Source of the DNA: Okamejei kenojei
Lineage: Eukaryota
Direction: 5' to 3'
Length of the DNA: 64,000 nucleotides
NCBI GenBank assembly: GCA_035221665.1
Contig: CM069170.1
Coordinates: forward strand, 434,001 to 498,000
The translations under genes and the position numbers were made by a program. Every line of letters starts with the position of its first letter. Position 1 is the stretch's first letter. The notes beneath the pieces are model-generated. The model worked only from the letters and a program-made list of their open reading frames with translations, ran no database searches and was not told the origin of the DNA. Positions 24,901-37,600 of the stretch are shown here, piece after piece.

Positions 24901-26265
24901 GGAAACTCTTCACCCGCCCTTGCAAACCGTTTAGGTAACAGCACCTCAGCGAACATACTGCCAATACCAACCAGCCACAAAGCCAACAGCCAAGTTCCAA
25001 AGCACTTCAGGCAAGTTCCAAACTCTTCAACCGCCCTGCAAACTCTTCACCAGAACTAAAAACCCTTCAACCTCCCCGCAAGCTCTTCAACCGCTGTGGA
25101 TGCTCTTCAAAATGCCCCATCGACTTTTTAACCGCCCAGGAAACGTTTCAACCGCTCTGCAAACTCTCGAACCGCTCTGAATACTCTTCAAACACTCTGA
25201 AAGCTCGTCAACCGCCCTGCAAGCTCTTCAATCGCCCTGAGAACTCTTCAACCGCCCCGAGAACTCTTCAACCGCCCCGAGAAATCTTCAATCGCCCTGA
25301 GAACTCTTCAACCGCACCGCAAACCCTTCAACCGCTCTGGAAACTCTTCAAAACGCCCTGCAAACTCTTGAACCGCCTTGAAAACTCTTCAACCGCTCAG
25401 CCAACATTTCGGACACATTGGCATACTTCAACAAGCCGACAGGCAAGTCCCAAACCCTTCAGATATGTTCCAAACTCTTCAAACGCCTGCAAACTCTTCA
25501 ACCGCCCTTCAAGCTCTTCAACCGCTCTGCAATCTCTTTAACTGCCCTGGAGAATTCTTAACCGGCCCTGAGAAGTCTTTCAACCGCTCCGTCGTAAGCT
25601 CTTCAAACGCCATAGAAATTCTTCAACCGCTCTGGAAAACTCTCCAAACGCTCTGGAAAAATCTCGTCACCGCTCTGGAAAACACTCATCATGGCATGCA
25701 AGCTCTTGAACTGCCCTGCAACCTCTTAAATCACCCCGAATACTCTTCAACCTTTCCTCAAAGTCTTCAAGCGCGCTGCAAACTCTTCAACCGCCCTGCA
25801 AGCTCTTCAACCGCCGTGGATGCTCTTCAAAAATGCCCTGCCGATTCTTCAACCGCCCTGGAAACACTTCAACCGCTCTACAAAGAGTTACATCGCTCTG
25901 ACCAATCTTCAAACATTCTGCGACCTCTTCAAACGTCCTGTAAACTCTTCAACCGCCCTGCAAACACTTCAACCGCCCCGGAAATTCTTCAACCAACTTG
26001 CAAATTCTGCAACCGCACTGCAAACTCTTCAACCGCTCTGGAACCTTTTCAACCGCTCTGGAAACTCTTCAACCGCCCTGAGAACTCTTCAAACACTCTG
26101 CAAACTCTTCAAACTCTTCAAACTAACTGCGAACCCTTCGGCCGCTCTGGAAACTCGTCAACAGCCCGGCAAACGGTTTCAGTAACCCACAAACACTTGG
26201 ACCAAACTGAAAACACTTCCACCCACTCTGACAAGATCTCAATCAACCGACAAACCATCTCAATC

Positions 26266-29200
26266 ATCTACAGGGTAGTTGAAGAGTTTGCATCCCCGTT
26301 GAAGTATTTGCGGGACTGTTGAGACAATAGACAATAGACAACAGACAATAGGTGCAGGAGTAGGCCATTCGGCCCTTCGAGCCAGCACCGCCATTCAATG
26401 TGATCATGGCTGATCATCCCCAATCAGTACCCCGTTCCTGCCTTTTCCCCATATCCCCTGACTCCGCTATCTTTAAGAGCCCTATCTAGCTCTCTCTTGA
26501 AAGCATCCAGCGAACCTGCCTCCACCGCCCCCTGAGGCAGAGAATTCCACAGACTCACCACTCTCCGTGAGAAAAAGTGTTTTCTCGTCTCTGTTCTAAA
26601 TGGCTTACCCCTTATTTTTAAACTGTGGCCCCTGGTTCTGGACTCTCCCAACATCGGGAACATGTTTCCTGCCTCTAGCGTGTCGAAGCCCTTAACAATC
26701 TTCTATGTTTCAATGAGATCTCCTCTCATCCTTCTAAACTCCAGAGTATACAAGCCCAGCCGCTCCATTCTCTCAGCATATGACAGTCCCGCCATCCCGG
26801 GAATTAACTTTGTGAACCTACGTTGGGCTCCATCAATAGCAAGAATGAGAGTTTGCATTGCTGTTGAAGAGTTTACGCGGCGGTGGAAGAGTTTGAAGGG
26901 GGTTGAAGAGTTTGCGGGGCGTTTGAAGAGTTTGCGGGGCGTTTGAAGAGTTTGCGGGGCGTTTGAATAGTTTGCAAGACGGTAGAAATATCTGGGTGGC
27001 GGTGACATTGAGTGCAGGCTCGATGCTGGGTCTTGCACGGATCTCAGCTACGCTGGGAACTCTCCAACCGCATCAAGCAATGCTAAACACGTCACCCGCG
27101 CTCCAAACCCTTCAGCCAGACTTCACCCGCGATGGAAACACTTCACTCAACCTGCAGAAACTCCAGCCGACCTCCGAGCCTTTCCACCACCCTCCCACCA
27201 ACCCAGCCAACGCTTTCGGTTTCCCGCAAACTCTTCAAACGCCCCGCAAACTCTTCAAACCGCCCCGCAAGATCTTAATCGCATCCACAAACGTGCCGGG
27301 CACCAGATAAACACTTGAACACATCTTGATTCGTCTGCAAGGCGGTTGAAGTGTTTGCCGGTTGAATGGATAGTTTGCGGGATTGGATAGGTTGGGTTTC
27401 GTTAGGTTACACGGTGCATTTTGTACATTGGGTGACGTGTTTACAGCGCGACTGCGGGTTTATACAATGGACGAGTATTCACTACGGTGATTTTAGCGTC
27501 GCGGGCGCTTTTTGAATTTGCAGAGCTATTGAATTGTCTACAGGGTAGTTGAAGAATTTGCGGGACGGTTGAAGAATTTGCGGGACGGTTGAAGAGTTTG
27601 TGGGTTTGTTGAAGAGTTTGCAAATCTGTTGAAGGGTTTGCGGGGCTGTTGAAGAATTTCCAAGGCGGTTGAAGAGTTTGGAACATGTCTGAAGGGTTTG
27701 GGACTTGGCTGTTTGGCTTTGTCGACTGGGTGAAGTATTGGCAGTGTGTCCCATATGTTCGCTGAGCTGCCGAAGTGTTTGCGGGACGGTTGAAGTGGCT
27801 GCGGGGTTGTTGAAGAGTTTGTAGGGCGATTTGAGAGTTGGCAAAGTGGTTGAATGCTCCGCAGTGCGCTTGAAGAGTTTCCAGAGCGGCCGAAGAGGTT
27901 GCAGGGCGTATTCAAGAGTGTCCAGGACGGTTGAGGAGTTTGCAGGTTGGCTGAAGAGTTCCCAGAGCATGTTGAAGAGTTTCCATAGCGGTTGGCGAGT
28001 TTCCAGGGCGGTTGAAGAGTTGTCAGGCCAATGTAAGAGTTTGCAGGGAAGTTGAAGAACTTGCGGGGCGATTGAAGACTTTCCAGGGCAGTTGAAGAGC
28101 TCGCAGATCGGCTGAAGAGTTTCTAGAGCGGTTGAAGTGTTTGCAGGGCAGTTGAAGAATTTGAAAGTTGGTTGAAGAATTTTCAGGGCGGTTGAAGACC
28201 TTCCAGAGCGGTTGAAGTGTTTGCATGGCGATTGATTAGTTTTCAGGGCGTTTGAATAGGTCGCCATGCGCTTGAAGCGTTTGCAGACCGTTTGAAAAGT
28301 TCTCAGGTTGAAGAGTTCTCCGGCCGGTTGAAATGTTTGCAGGACGATTTACCAGTTTGCCCATCGTTTGAAGAGTTTGGAATATTGCTGAAGGGTTTGG
28401 GACTTGGCTGTTGGCATTGTTGGCCGGTGGAGTATGCGGTGAAGATATTTCAGGGCGTTCTGAAGAGTTCCCAGTGCGCTTCAAGAGCTTGCGGAGTGCT
28501 TGAAGAGTTCCCAGGACGGTTGAAGGGTTTGCGGGGCAGTTGAAGAGCTTTCAGGGTGTTGAAGAGTTGGCGAGGCATTTTGAAGAATTTTCATGACGGT
28601 TGAAGAGTTTGCTGGGTGGTTGAAGAATTTGGAACATGTCGGAAGGGTTTGGGACTTGGCTGTTGGCTTTGTGGCTGGTTGGTATTGGCAGTGTGTCCGA
28701 TATGTTCGCTGAGCTCCTGTGTTTGTGAGTTACCTAAACGGTTTGGAAGGACAGTTGACGAGTTTCCAGGGCGATTGAAGAGTTTACAGAGTGTTTGAAG
28801 TGTTTTCAGAGCGGTTGAAATGTTTCCTGGGCGGTTAAAGAGTCGGCGGGGCATTTTGAAGAGCATCCACAGCGGTTGAAGAGCTTGCAGGGCGGGTGAA
28901 GAGGTTTTAGGACGGTTGAAGAGTTTGCAGATTGTTTGAAGACTTTGATGCGCGGTTGAAGAGTTGTCAGGGCGGTTGAGGAGTTCGCAGATCGGTTGAA
29001 GAGTTTCCAGAGCGGTTGAAGATTTTACAGTCCGGTTGAAGAGTTTCCAGAGCCGTTAACGTGTTCCAGGGCGGTTGAAGAGCGACTTACGAGTTTGCAC
29101 GGCATTTGAAGAGCTTGCAGTGCGGTTGAGGAATTTGGAACATTGCTGAAGGGTTTGGGACTTGGCTGTTGACTTTGTTGGCCGGTTGGAGTATACGGTG

Positions 29201-29466
29201 AAGAGTTTTCAGGGCGTTTTAAAGAGTGTCAGTGCGCTTCAAGAGCTTGTAGAGTGTTTGAAGAGTTCCCAGGGCGGTTGAAGAATTTGCAGGGCAGATG
29301 AAGAGCTGTTGAAGAGTTGGTGAGGGATTTTGAAGAATTTTCAGGACGGTTGAAGAGTTTCCATGGCGGTTGAAGAGTTTGGAACATGTCTGAAGGGTTT
29401 GGGACATGGCTGTTTGGCTTTGTCGGCTGGGTGAAGTATTGGCAGTGTGTCCGATATGTTCGCTGA
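26266..29466 (-). repeat. Inverted block of satellite A (with a small re-inverted segment at ~27040-27330)
   Basis: The sequence switches to GGGCGGTTGAAGAGTTT. Minus ORF 27482-28267 translates nearly identically to plus ORF 35335-36246. Confidence 0.93.
26322..26847 (-). mobile_element. 5'-truncated CR1 (HER1-like) LINE, 3' end with (CTATTGT)n tail
   Basis: ORFs 26424-26663 (ESRTRGHSLKIRGKPFRTE...VVSLWNSLPQ...GYGEKAGTGY) and 26703-26847 (QRRFTKLIPGMAGLSYAERMERLGLYTLEFRR). The tail reads AGACAAT repeats on +. It splits a TTGA^AGAG monomer. Confidence 0.93.
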
Positions 29467-29508
29467 CATATGAACCCTTCTCCAAACCCTTGGACCAATC
29501 AACAGCAA

Positions 29509-30136
29509 CAAAGAGTATAGGAGCAGGGAGGTTCTAACTTGCCCTCTTGTACAGGTCGTTTGGTTGAGACACACCTGGAGTATTGCGTTACTAGTTTTTG
29601 GTCTCATAATCTGAGGAAAGACATTCTTGCCATAGAGGGAGTACATAGAAGGTTCACCAGACTGATTCCTGGGATGGCAGGACTTCCATATGAAGAAAGA
29701 CTGGATAGACTCGGCTTGTACTCGCTAGAATTTAGAAGATTGAGGGGGGATCTTATAGAAACGTACAAAATTCTTAAGGGGTTGGACAGGCTAGATGCAG
29801 GAAGATTGTTCCCGATGTTGGGAAAGTCCAGAACAAGGGGTCACAGTTGCAGGATAAGGGGGAAGTCTTTTAGGACCGAGGTAAGAAAAACATTTTTCAC
29901 ACAGAGAGTGGTGAATCTGTGGAATTCTCTGCCACAGAAAGTAGTTGAGGCCAGTTAATTGGCTATATTTATGAGGGAGGTAGATGTGGCCCTTGTGGCT
30001 AGATGGATCAGGGGGTATGGAGAGACGGCAGGTACAGGATACTGAGTTGGATGATCAGCCATGACCATATTGAATGGCGGTGCAGGCGCGAAGGGCCGAA
30101 TGGCCTACTCCTGCACCTATTGTCTATGTTTCTACG
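29509..30136 (+). mobile_element. 5'-truncated CR1 LINE with apparent 7-bp TSD (ACAGCAA)
   Basis: ORF 29539-29958 reads HLEYC...RRFTRLIPGMAGL.YEERLDRLGLYSLEFRRLRGDLIETYKI...LWNSLPQ. ACAGCAA occurs at 29502-29508 and 30137-30143. Empty paralogous sites lie at ~32500 and ~34546. Confidence 0.93.
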
Positions 30137-30889
30137 ACAGCAAACACACCAATCGCCCCTACACACCCCATCCGCAGCGCACACTCGTAATCCACCTACA
30201 GACAGCTCAACCATCCCGCAAACTGATGCAGCGGTCCCGCAAACACCCCACCGCGCTGCGGGTAGTTCAACCTATCCGCACACACTTAGAACAGCGCGCA
30301 AACGTTCCAACATTCTGCACACACATCAGCCAGCTTGCAAATACATCAATCGCCCTCCAAACCCTTGGTTCCGCCGACAGACCCTTGTAGGACCCTCCGA
30401 CCAGGCTGCGGACTCGCCGACAATCCCCGCAGCCGCTTCAACCGTCCCGCAAACACTTCAGCAGCTCAGCGAACATATCGGACACACTGCCAATACTTCA
30501 CCCAGCCGCCAAAGCCCAACAGCCAAGTCCCAAACCCTTGAGACATGTACCAAACTCTTCAACCGCCCTGCAAACTCTTCAACCGTCCTGAAAATTCTTC
30601 CAAACGCCTCGCCAACTCTTCGACGCTCTGCAAGCTCTTCAATGAGCTCTTCAGCCGCCGTGGGAACTCTTCAAACACTCTGCCAGCTCTTGAGGCGCGC
30701 TGTGAACTCTTCAAAACGTCCTGAACTCTGTTCACCGCATACGTCACCCAGCCAACAAAGCCAACAGCCAAGTCCCAAACCCTTCAGTCATGTTCCAAAC
30801 ACAATAGCCGCCCTGCAAACTCTTCAAGCGCTCTGGAAACTCTTCAACCGACCTGGAATCTCATCAACCGCTCTGCAAACTCTTCAACC

Positions 30890-31620
30890 GACCTGGGTGT
30901 CATGGTACACCAGTCATTGAAAGTAGGCATGCAGGTGCAGCAGGCAGTGAAAAAAGCGAATGGTATGTTAGCTTTCATAGCAAAAGGATTTGAGTACAGG
31001 AGCAGGGAGGTTCTACTTCAGTTGTACAGGGTCTTGGTGAGACCACACCTGGAGTATTGCGTACAGTTTTGGTCTCCAAATCTGAGGAAGGACATTATTG
31101 CCATAGAGGGAGTGCAGAGAATGTTCACCAGACTGATTCCTGGGATGTCAGGACTGTCTTATGAAGAAAGACTGGATAGACTCGGTTTATACTCTCTGGA
31201 ATTTAGGAGATTGAGGAGGGGATCTTATAGAAACTTACAAAATTCTTAAGGGGTTGGACAGGCTAGATGCAGGAAGATTGTTCCCGATGTTGGGGAAGTC
31301 CAGGGACAAGGGGTCACAGCTTAAGGATAAGGGGGAGGAAATCCTTTAAGATCAAGATGAGAAAGACTTTTTTTCACACAGAGAGTGGTGAGTCTCTGGA
31401 ACTCTCTGCCACAGAGGGTAGTTGAGGCCAGTTCATTGGCTATATTTAAGAGTGAGTTGGATGTGGCCCTTGTGGCTAAGGGGATCAGAGGGTATGGAGA
31501 GAAGGCAGGTACGGGATACTGAGTTGGATGATCAGCCATGATCATATTGAATGGCGGTGCAGGCTCGAAGGGCTGAATGGCCTACTCCTGCACCTAATTT
31601 CTATGTTTCTATGTTTTATG
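30890..31620 (+). mobile_element. 5'-truncated CR1 LINE
   Basis: ORF 30902-31249 reads VQQAVKKANGMLAFI...[19 protein letters not shown]. The 3' UTR GGCTCGAAGGGCTGAATGGCCTACTCCTGCACC is followed by a (TTTCTATG)n tail. Confidence 0.93.
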
Positions 31621-34600
31621 GAAACACTTCAACCGCTCTGCACACAGTTCAAACATTCTGCAACCCCTTCAAGCGAACGGCGAACTCTTCAAACGCCCTG
31701 AAACTCATCGATCGCACTGGAAACTCGTCAACTGCCCTGCAAACCGATTAGGTAACCCACAAACACAGCAACACAGCGAACATATCGGACACACTGCCAA
31801 TACCAACCAGCCACAAAGCCAACAGCAAAGTCGCAAACCCTTCTGACATGTTCAAAACTCTTCAACACGGCCTGAGCACTCTTCAACCGGCCTGAAAACT
31901 CTTCAACCGTCCGAAGTACTCTTCAAACACTCTGCAAACTCTTCAAGCGCCTCGCAAGCTCTTCATTGGCGCTGCAAACCCTTCCACCGCACTGCAAACT
32001 CTTCAATCGTCCTGAGAACTCTTCAGCAGACTTGGAAACTCTTCCACCGCCCTGCAAACCATTCAGTCGCACTGGAAACTCTTCAACCGCCCTGTAGACT
32101 CTCCCATCGTCCTGCAACCTCTTCAACCGCCCTGAGAACTCTTCAAACACTCTGCAAACTACTCAATCTCACTGCGAACACCTCAACCGCCCCCGAAACT
32201 CGTCAACAGCCCTGCAAACGGTTTCAGTAACCCACAAACACTTTGACCAAACTGAAAACACTTCCACCCACTCTGCCAACATCTGAATCAACCTACAAAC
32301 CGTCGCAATCATCCTGTAATCACGGCTACCAGTCTGCAAAGCCTTCATCCACCCGACAGAATCTTCACCCAACCTGCACACACCATCATCAACTTGCAAA
32401 CACCTCAAGAGCATGCAAGCCCAAGTCTCAGCCAATCTACACACACTGAACACACTCTACTGACATATCAACCCTTCTCCAAACCCTTGGACCAACCGCC
32501 AGCAAACACACCAATCGCCCCTACACACCCCATCCGCAGCGCACACTCTTAATCCATCTACAGACAGCTCAACCATCCCGCAAACTGGTGCAGCGGTCCC
32601 GCAAACACCCCACCGCGCTGCGGGTAGTTCAACCTATCCGCACACACTTGGAACAGCCCGCAAACGTTCCAACATTCTGCACACACATCAGCCAGCTTGC
32701 AAATACATCAATCGCCCTCCAAACCCTTGGTTCCGCCGACAGACCCTTGTAGGACCCTCCGACCAGGCTGCGGACTCGCCGACAATCCCCGCAGCCGCTT
32801 CAACCGTCCCGCAAACACTTCGGCAGCTCAGCGACCATATCGGACACACTGCCAATACTTCACCCAGCCGCCAAAGCCCAACAGCTAAGTCCCAAACCCT
32901 TCACACATGTTCCAAACACTTCAATCGCCATGGAAACTCGTCAACCGTCCTGAAAATTCTTCAAAATGCCTCGCCAACTCTTCAACGCCCTGAAAGCTCT
33001 TCAACTGCCCCGCAAACTCTTCAACCGCCCTGAAGACTCTTCAACCACCCTTCAACCTCTTGAAGCGGACTGTGAACTCTTACAAACGCCCTGAAATCTC
33101 TTCACCGCATACTACAACAGGCCAACAAAGCCAACAGCCAAGTCCCAAACCCGTCAGCAATGTTCCAAACTCCTCAACCGCACTGCAAGCTCTTCAAATG
33201 CCGTGCAAACTGGTAAATCGCCCCGCAAACTCTTCAACCGCCCTGAGAACTCTTCAACCTGAGAACTCTTCAAACTCTCTGCAAACTCTTCAAGCGCACG
33301 GCGACCTCTTCAAACGCCCTGTAAACACTTCAATCGCCCTGCAAACTCTTCAATAGCTCTGCGAACACTTCAACCGCTGTGGAAGGTCTTAAAAACGCCC
33401 TGGAAATTCTTCAACCAACTTGCAAATTCTTCAATCGCCCTGTAAACTCTTCAAGCGCTCTAGAAACTCTTCAACCGTACTGGAAAATCTTAAACCGCCC
33501 TGAAAACTCTTCAACCGATCTGCGAACGCCTCAACCACCCTGGAAAGTCTTCAACCGCCCCGCAAGCTCTTCATCTGCCCTGCAAACTCTTACATGGCCC
33601 TGACAACTCTTCAACCGCCTCTCAAAGTCTTTAAGCGTGCTGCAGGCTCTTATACGGCGCTACAGACTCTTCAACCGCAGTCGGAAATCTTCAACCGCCC
33701 GGCAAACTCTTCAACGGCTCGGGAAACCATTCCACCTCACTGGGAAATCTTCAAAACGCCCTGAAAACTATTCAACTGCTCTAGAAACTCTTCAACCACT
33801 CTGCAAACTCCTCAATCGCCGAGGAAACCCATCAACTGCCCTTGCAAACCGTTTAGGTAACCCACAAACACAGCAACTTAGCGAACATATCGAACACACT
33901 GCCAATACCAACCAGCCACAAAGCCCTACAGCCAAGTCCCAAACCCTTCCGACATGTTCCAAACTCTTCAACCGCCCTGTAAACTCTTCAACCGCCCTGA
34001 ACACTCTTCAACCGCCATGGAAACACTTCGAAATGCCCCACAAACTCCCCAAACGTTCTCTAAACTCTTCAACCGCTCTAGAACACTTCAACCGCTCTAG
34101 AAACCTTTCAACCGCTCTGCAAAATCTTCAACCGCCCTACAAACTCCTCACACGCCCTGTAAACTCTTCAACCGCCCTGGGAACTCTTCAAACACGCTTA
34201 AAACTCTTCGAGCGTACTGCAAACTCTTCGATCGCCCTGCAAACTTCTTCAACAGCTCTACGAACGGTTCAGGTAACCCACAAACATTAGGACCAAACTG
34301 AAAACACTTCCACCAACTCTGCCAACATCTGAATCAACCTACAAACCGTCGCAATCATCCTGTAATCACGGCTACCTGTCTGCAAAGCCTTCATCCACCC
34401 GACAGAATCTTCACCCAACCTGCACACACCATCATCAACTTGCAAACACCTCAAGAGCATGCAAGCCCAGGTCTCAGCGAATCTACACACACTGAACACA
34501 CTCTATTGACATATCAACCCTTCTCCAAACCCTTGGACTAACCGCCAGCAAACACATCAATCGCCCCTACACACCCCATCCGCAGCGCACACTCTTAATC

Positions 34601-37600
34601 CATCTACAGACAGCTCAACCATCCCGCAAACTGATGCAGCGGTCCCGCAAACACCCCACCGCGCTGCGGGTAGTTCAACCTATCCGCACACACTTGGAAC
34701 GGCCCGCAAACGTTCCAACATTCTGCACACACATCAGCCAGCTTGCAAATACATCAATCGCCCTCCAAACCCTTGGTTCCGCAGACAGACCCTTGTAGGA
34801 CCCTCCGACCAGGCTGTGGACTCGTCGACAATCCCCGCAGCCGCTCTCGAACCGTTCCGCAGACAAAAACATACTTCAGTCAAGTCTTCATGCAAGAACA
34901 GTCTGGACACACAACTGCCCTAGCTTCTCAACTGCCAAGATGCTCAAATGCCCACAACTTTCTTCTAACCCCAATAAAGCTACCCGCCAAACTCTCACAG
35001 GTCTTCACACTTCAACCGCCAGTTGGAAAACGCTTCAGCCCGGACCTGAAATTTAGGTAACTCAAAAACATTCCATCCGCCACACAACCAAGGAAACTCT
35101 TCGCAGCCGGCTGAAATTTCTTCAAAATGCCTCGCCAACTCTTCAACGCCCTGAAAGATTCTTCAACTGCCCCGCAAACTCTTCAACCGCCCTGAAGACT
35201 CTTCAACTCGACTCCCTCTTTGAAGCGGACTGTGAATTCTCACAATGACGCACTGTAATAAAGTCGCGTAACAGCCTATACTCCATAAGGGAACCGCAAA
35301 ATCAACGGGCCAGTAACCAATCCAACCTCGCCAAGTGCCAACCCTTCGGCTCATTGTTCCAGACTCTTCAACCGCGCTGCAAGCTCTTCAAATGCCGTGC
35401 AAACTGGTAAATCGCCCTGCAAACTCTTCAACCGCCCTGAGAACTCTTCAACCTGAGAACTCTTCAAACTCTCTGCAAACTCTTCAAGCGCACGGCGACC
35501 TCTTCAAACGCCCTGTAAACACTTCAATCGCCCTGCCAACTCTTCAATCGCTCTGCAAACACTTCACCCGCTCTGGAAGCTCTTCAACCGCCCTGAAAAT
35601 TCTTCAACCAACTTCCAAATTCTTCAACTGCCCTGCAAACACTTCAACCGCTCTAGAAACTCTTCAGCCGCTCTGCGAACTCCTCAACTGCCCTGGAAAG
35701 TCTTCAATCGCCCCGCAAGTTCTTCAACTTCCCTGCAAACTCTTACATTGGCCTGACAACTCTTCAACCGCCCTGGAAACTCGCCAACCGCTATGGAAAC
35801 TCTTCAACATGCTCTGGAAACTCTTCAGCCAACTTGCAAACTCCTCAACCGTCCTGGACACTCTTGAAAACGCCCTGCAACCTCTTCGGCCGCTCTGGAA
35901 ACTCTTAAATCGCCCTACAAACTCTTCAACAACCCCGCGGCCACTTCAACCGTCCCGCAAACACTTCGGCAGCTCAGCGAACATATGGGACACACTGCCA
36001 ATACTTCACCCAGCCGACAAAGCCAACGGCCAAGTCCCAAACCCTTCAGACATGTTCCAAACTCTTCAACCGCCTTGGAAATTCTTCAACAGCCCCGCAA
36101 ACCCTTCAACCGATTTGCAAACTCTTCAACCGTCCCGCAAATTCTTCAACTACCCTGTAGATAATTCAATAGCTCTGCAAATTCAAAAAACGCCCGCGAC
36201 GCTAAAACACTTCCACCACCGTAGTGAATACTCGTCCATTGTATAAACCCGCAGTCGCGCTGTAAACACGTCACCCAAAGTACAAAATGCACCGTGTAAC
36301 CTAACGAAACCCAACCTATCCAATCCCGCAAACTATCCAGTCAGCCGGCAAACACTTCAACCGCCTTGCAGATGAATCAAGATGTGTTGAAGGTGTCCCC
36401 GGCACGTTTGTGGATGCGATTAAGATCTTGCGGGGCGGTTGAAGACTTTGCGGGACGTTTGAAGAGTTTGCGGGAAATCGAAAGCGTTGGCAGGGTTGGT
36501 GGGAGGGTGGTGGAAAGGCTCGGAGGTCGGCTGGAGTTTCTGCAGGTTGAGTGAAGTGTTTCCATCGCGGGTGGAGTCTGGCTGAAGGATTTGGAGCGCG
36601 GGTGACGTGTTTAGCATTGCTTGATGCGTTGGAGAGTTCCCAGCGTGGCTGAGATCCGTGGATGACAGAGCGTCGAGCCTGAATTCAATGTCAACCCAGT
36701 TATTTGTACCGTCTTGGAAACTCTTCGCCCGGGTGGTTCAACCGCCGCGCAAATATCTTACAACGCCTCGCAGCCTGCACTCATGCAAAACTCGAGATAT
36801 TCAACCGCCCTCGCAAACTACTCCACCAGTCTGCATCTTCAACCACCCTGGAACCTCTTCCAACTACCCTGAGATTAAAATTTTTAATAGCTCTGCAATA
36901 ATTCGTTCGAACATTTGCATGTTTTACCAAAAATCGCCAGCTACCACTTAATCAACCATCGTAATCCCATCGTTACTCACGGTCATTGTATTATACCGGT
37001 GGTTCTCGCTGTTATAAACCGGAAAGTCCATACAGTTTACTCAAACGCAATCACGGTGTAACCTAATCGACTACCACAAACGCCAAAACTATCCAATCAA
37101 AATACTATTCCTATTCTTACGACTGCTTGCACTCGGATGAATCCTCTTTGCGGCTACTGGCAGTAGTGCTTGACCTCTGGTGCCCGCGCAAAGTGTTGAT
37201 TGGTGCGTTTAGTAGGCAATCGGGCGACCGCTTGCGCGCGATCTTGCGGGGCGGTTGAAGAACCTCGGGGCGTTTTGCTTGAATGTAAAGTTTGCGCGGG
37301 AAATTCAGGGTTGGTGGGAGGGTGGTGGAAAGATCAGTTAGGCGGAGGTCGGCTGGGAGGACGGTGGTGGAGAGGTTTGAGGGAGTGTTTCCCGGGTGGA
37401 GAGTCTGAGGGTGACGCGGAGGTGGCTGTAAGGCGTGGAGCGCGGGTTTGCAAGCATTGCTTGATGCGCTTTGGGAGCGTTCCCAGCGTGGCTGAGATCG
37501 TGGATGACACGACATCGAGCATGCACTCAGTCACCGCAACCCAGATATTTGTACCGTCTTGGAAACTCTTCAACCGCCTCGCAAACTCCTCAACCGCCTT

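Larger units (their letters stand above)
1..26265 (+). repeat. Satellite A: degenerate ~20-21 bp tandem repeat (AAACTCTTCAACCGCCCTGC / AAACTCTTCAACCGCTCTGG), C/A-rich strand on +
   Basis: The monomer is visible throughout. The ORF track cycles through LQTLQPP/CKLFNRP/ANSSTA, as expected for a 20-bp period. Larger blocks also repeat (1-240 vs ~502-740; ~2170-3160 vs ~4470-5470; ~22330-23860 vs ~24470-26000). Confidence 0.97.

Noticed and set aside
26850-29460. Satellite minus strand TTGAAGAG as a hammerhead core
   Set aside because: It reads UUGAAGA rather than CUGANGA and has no correctly placed stem II-GAAA.
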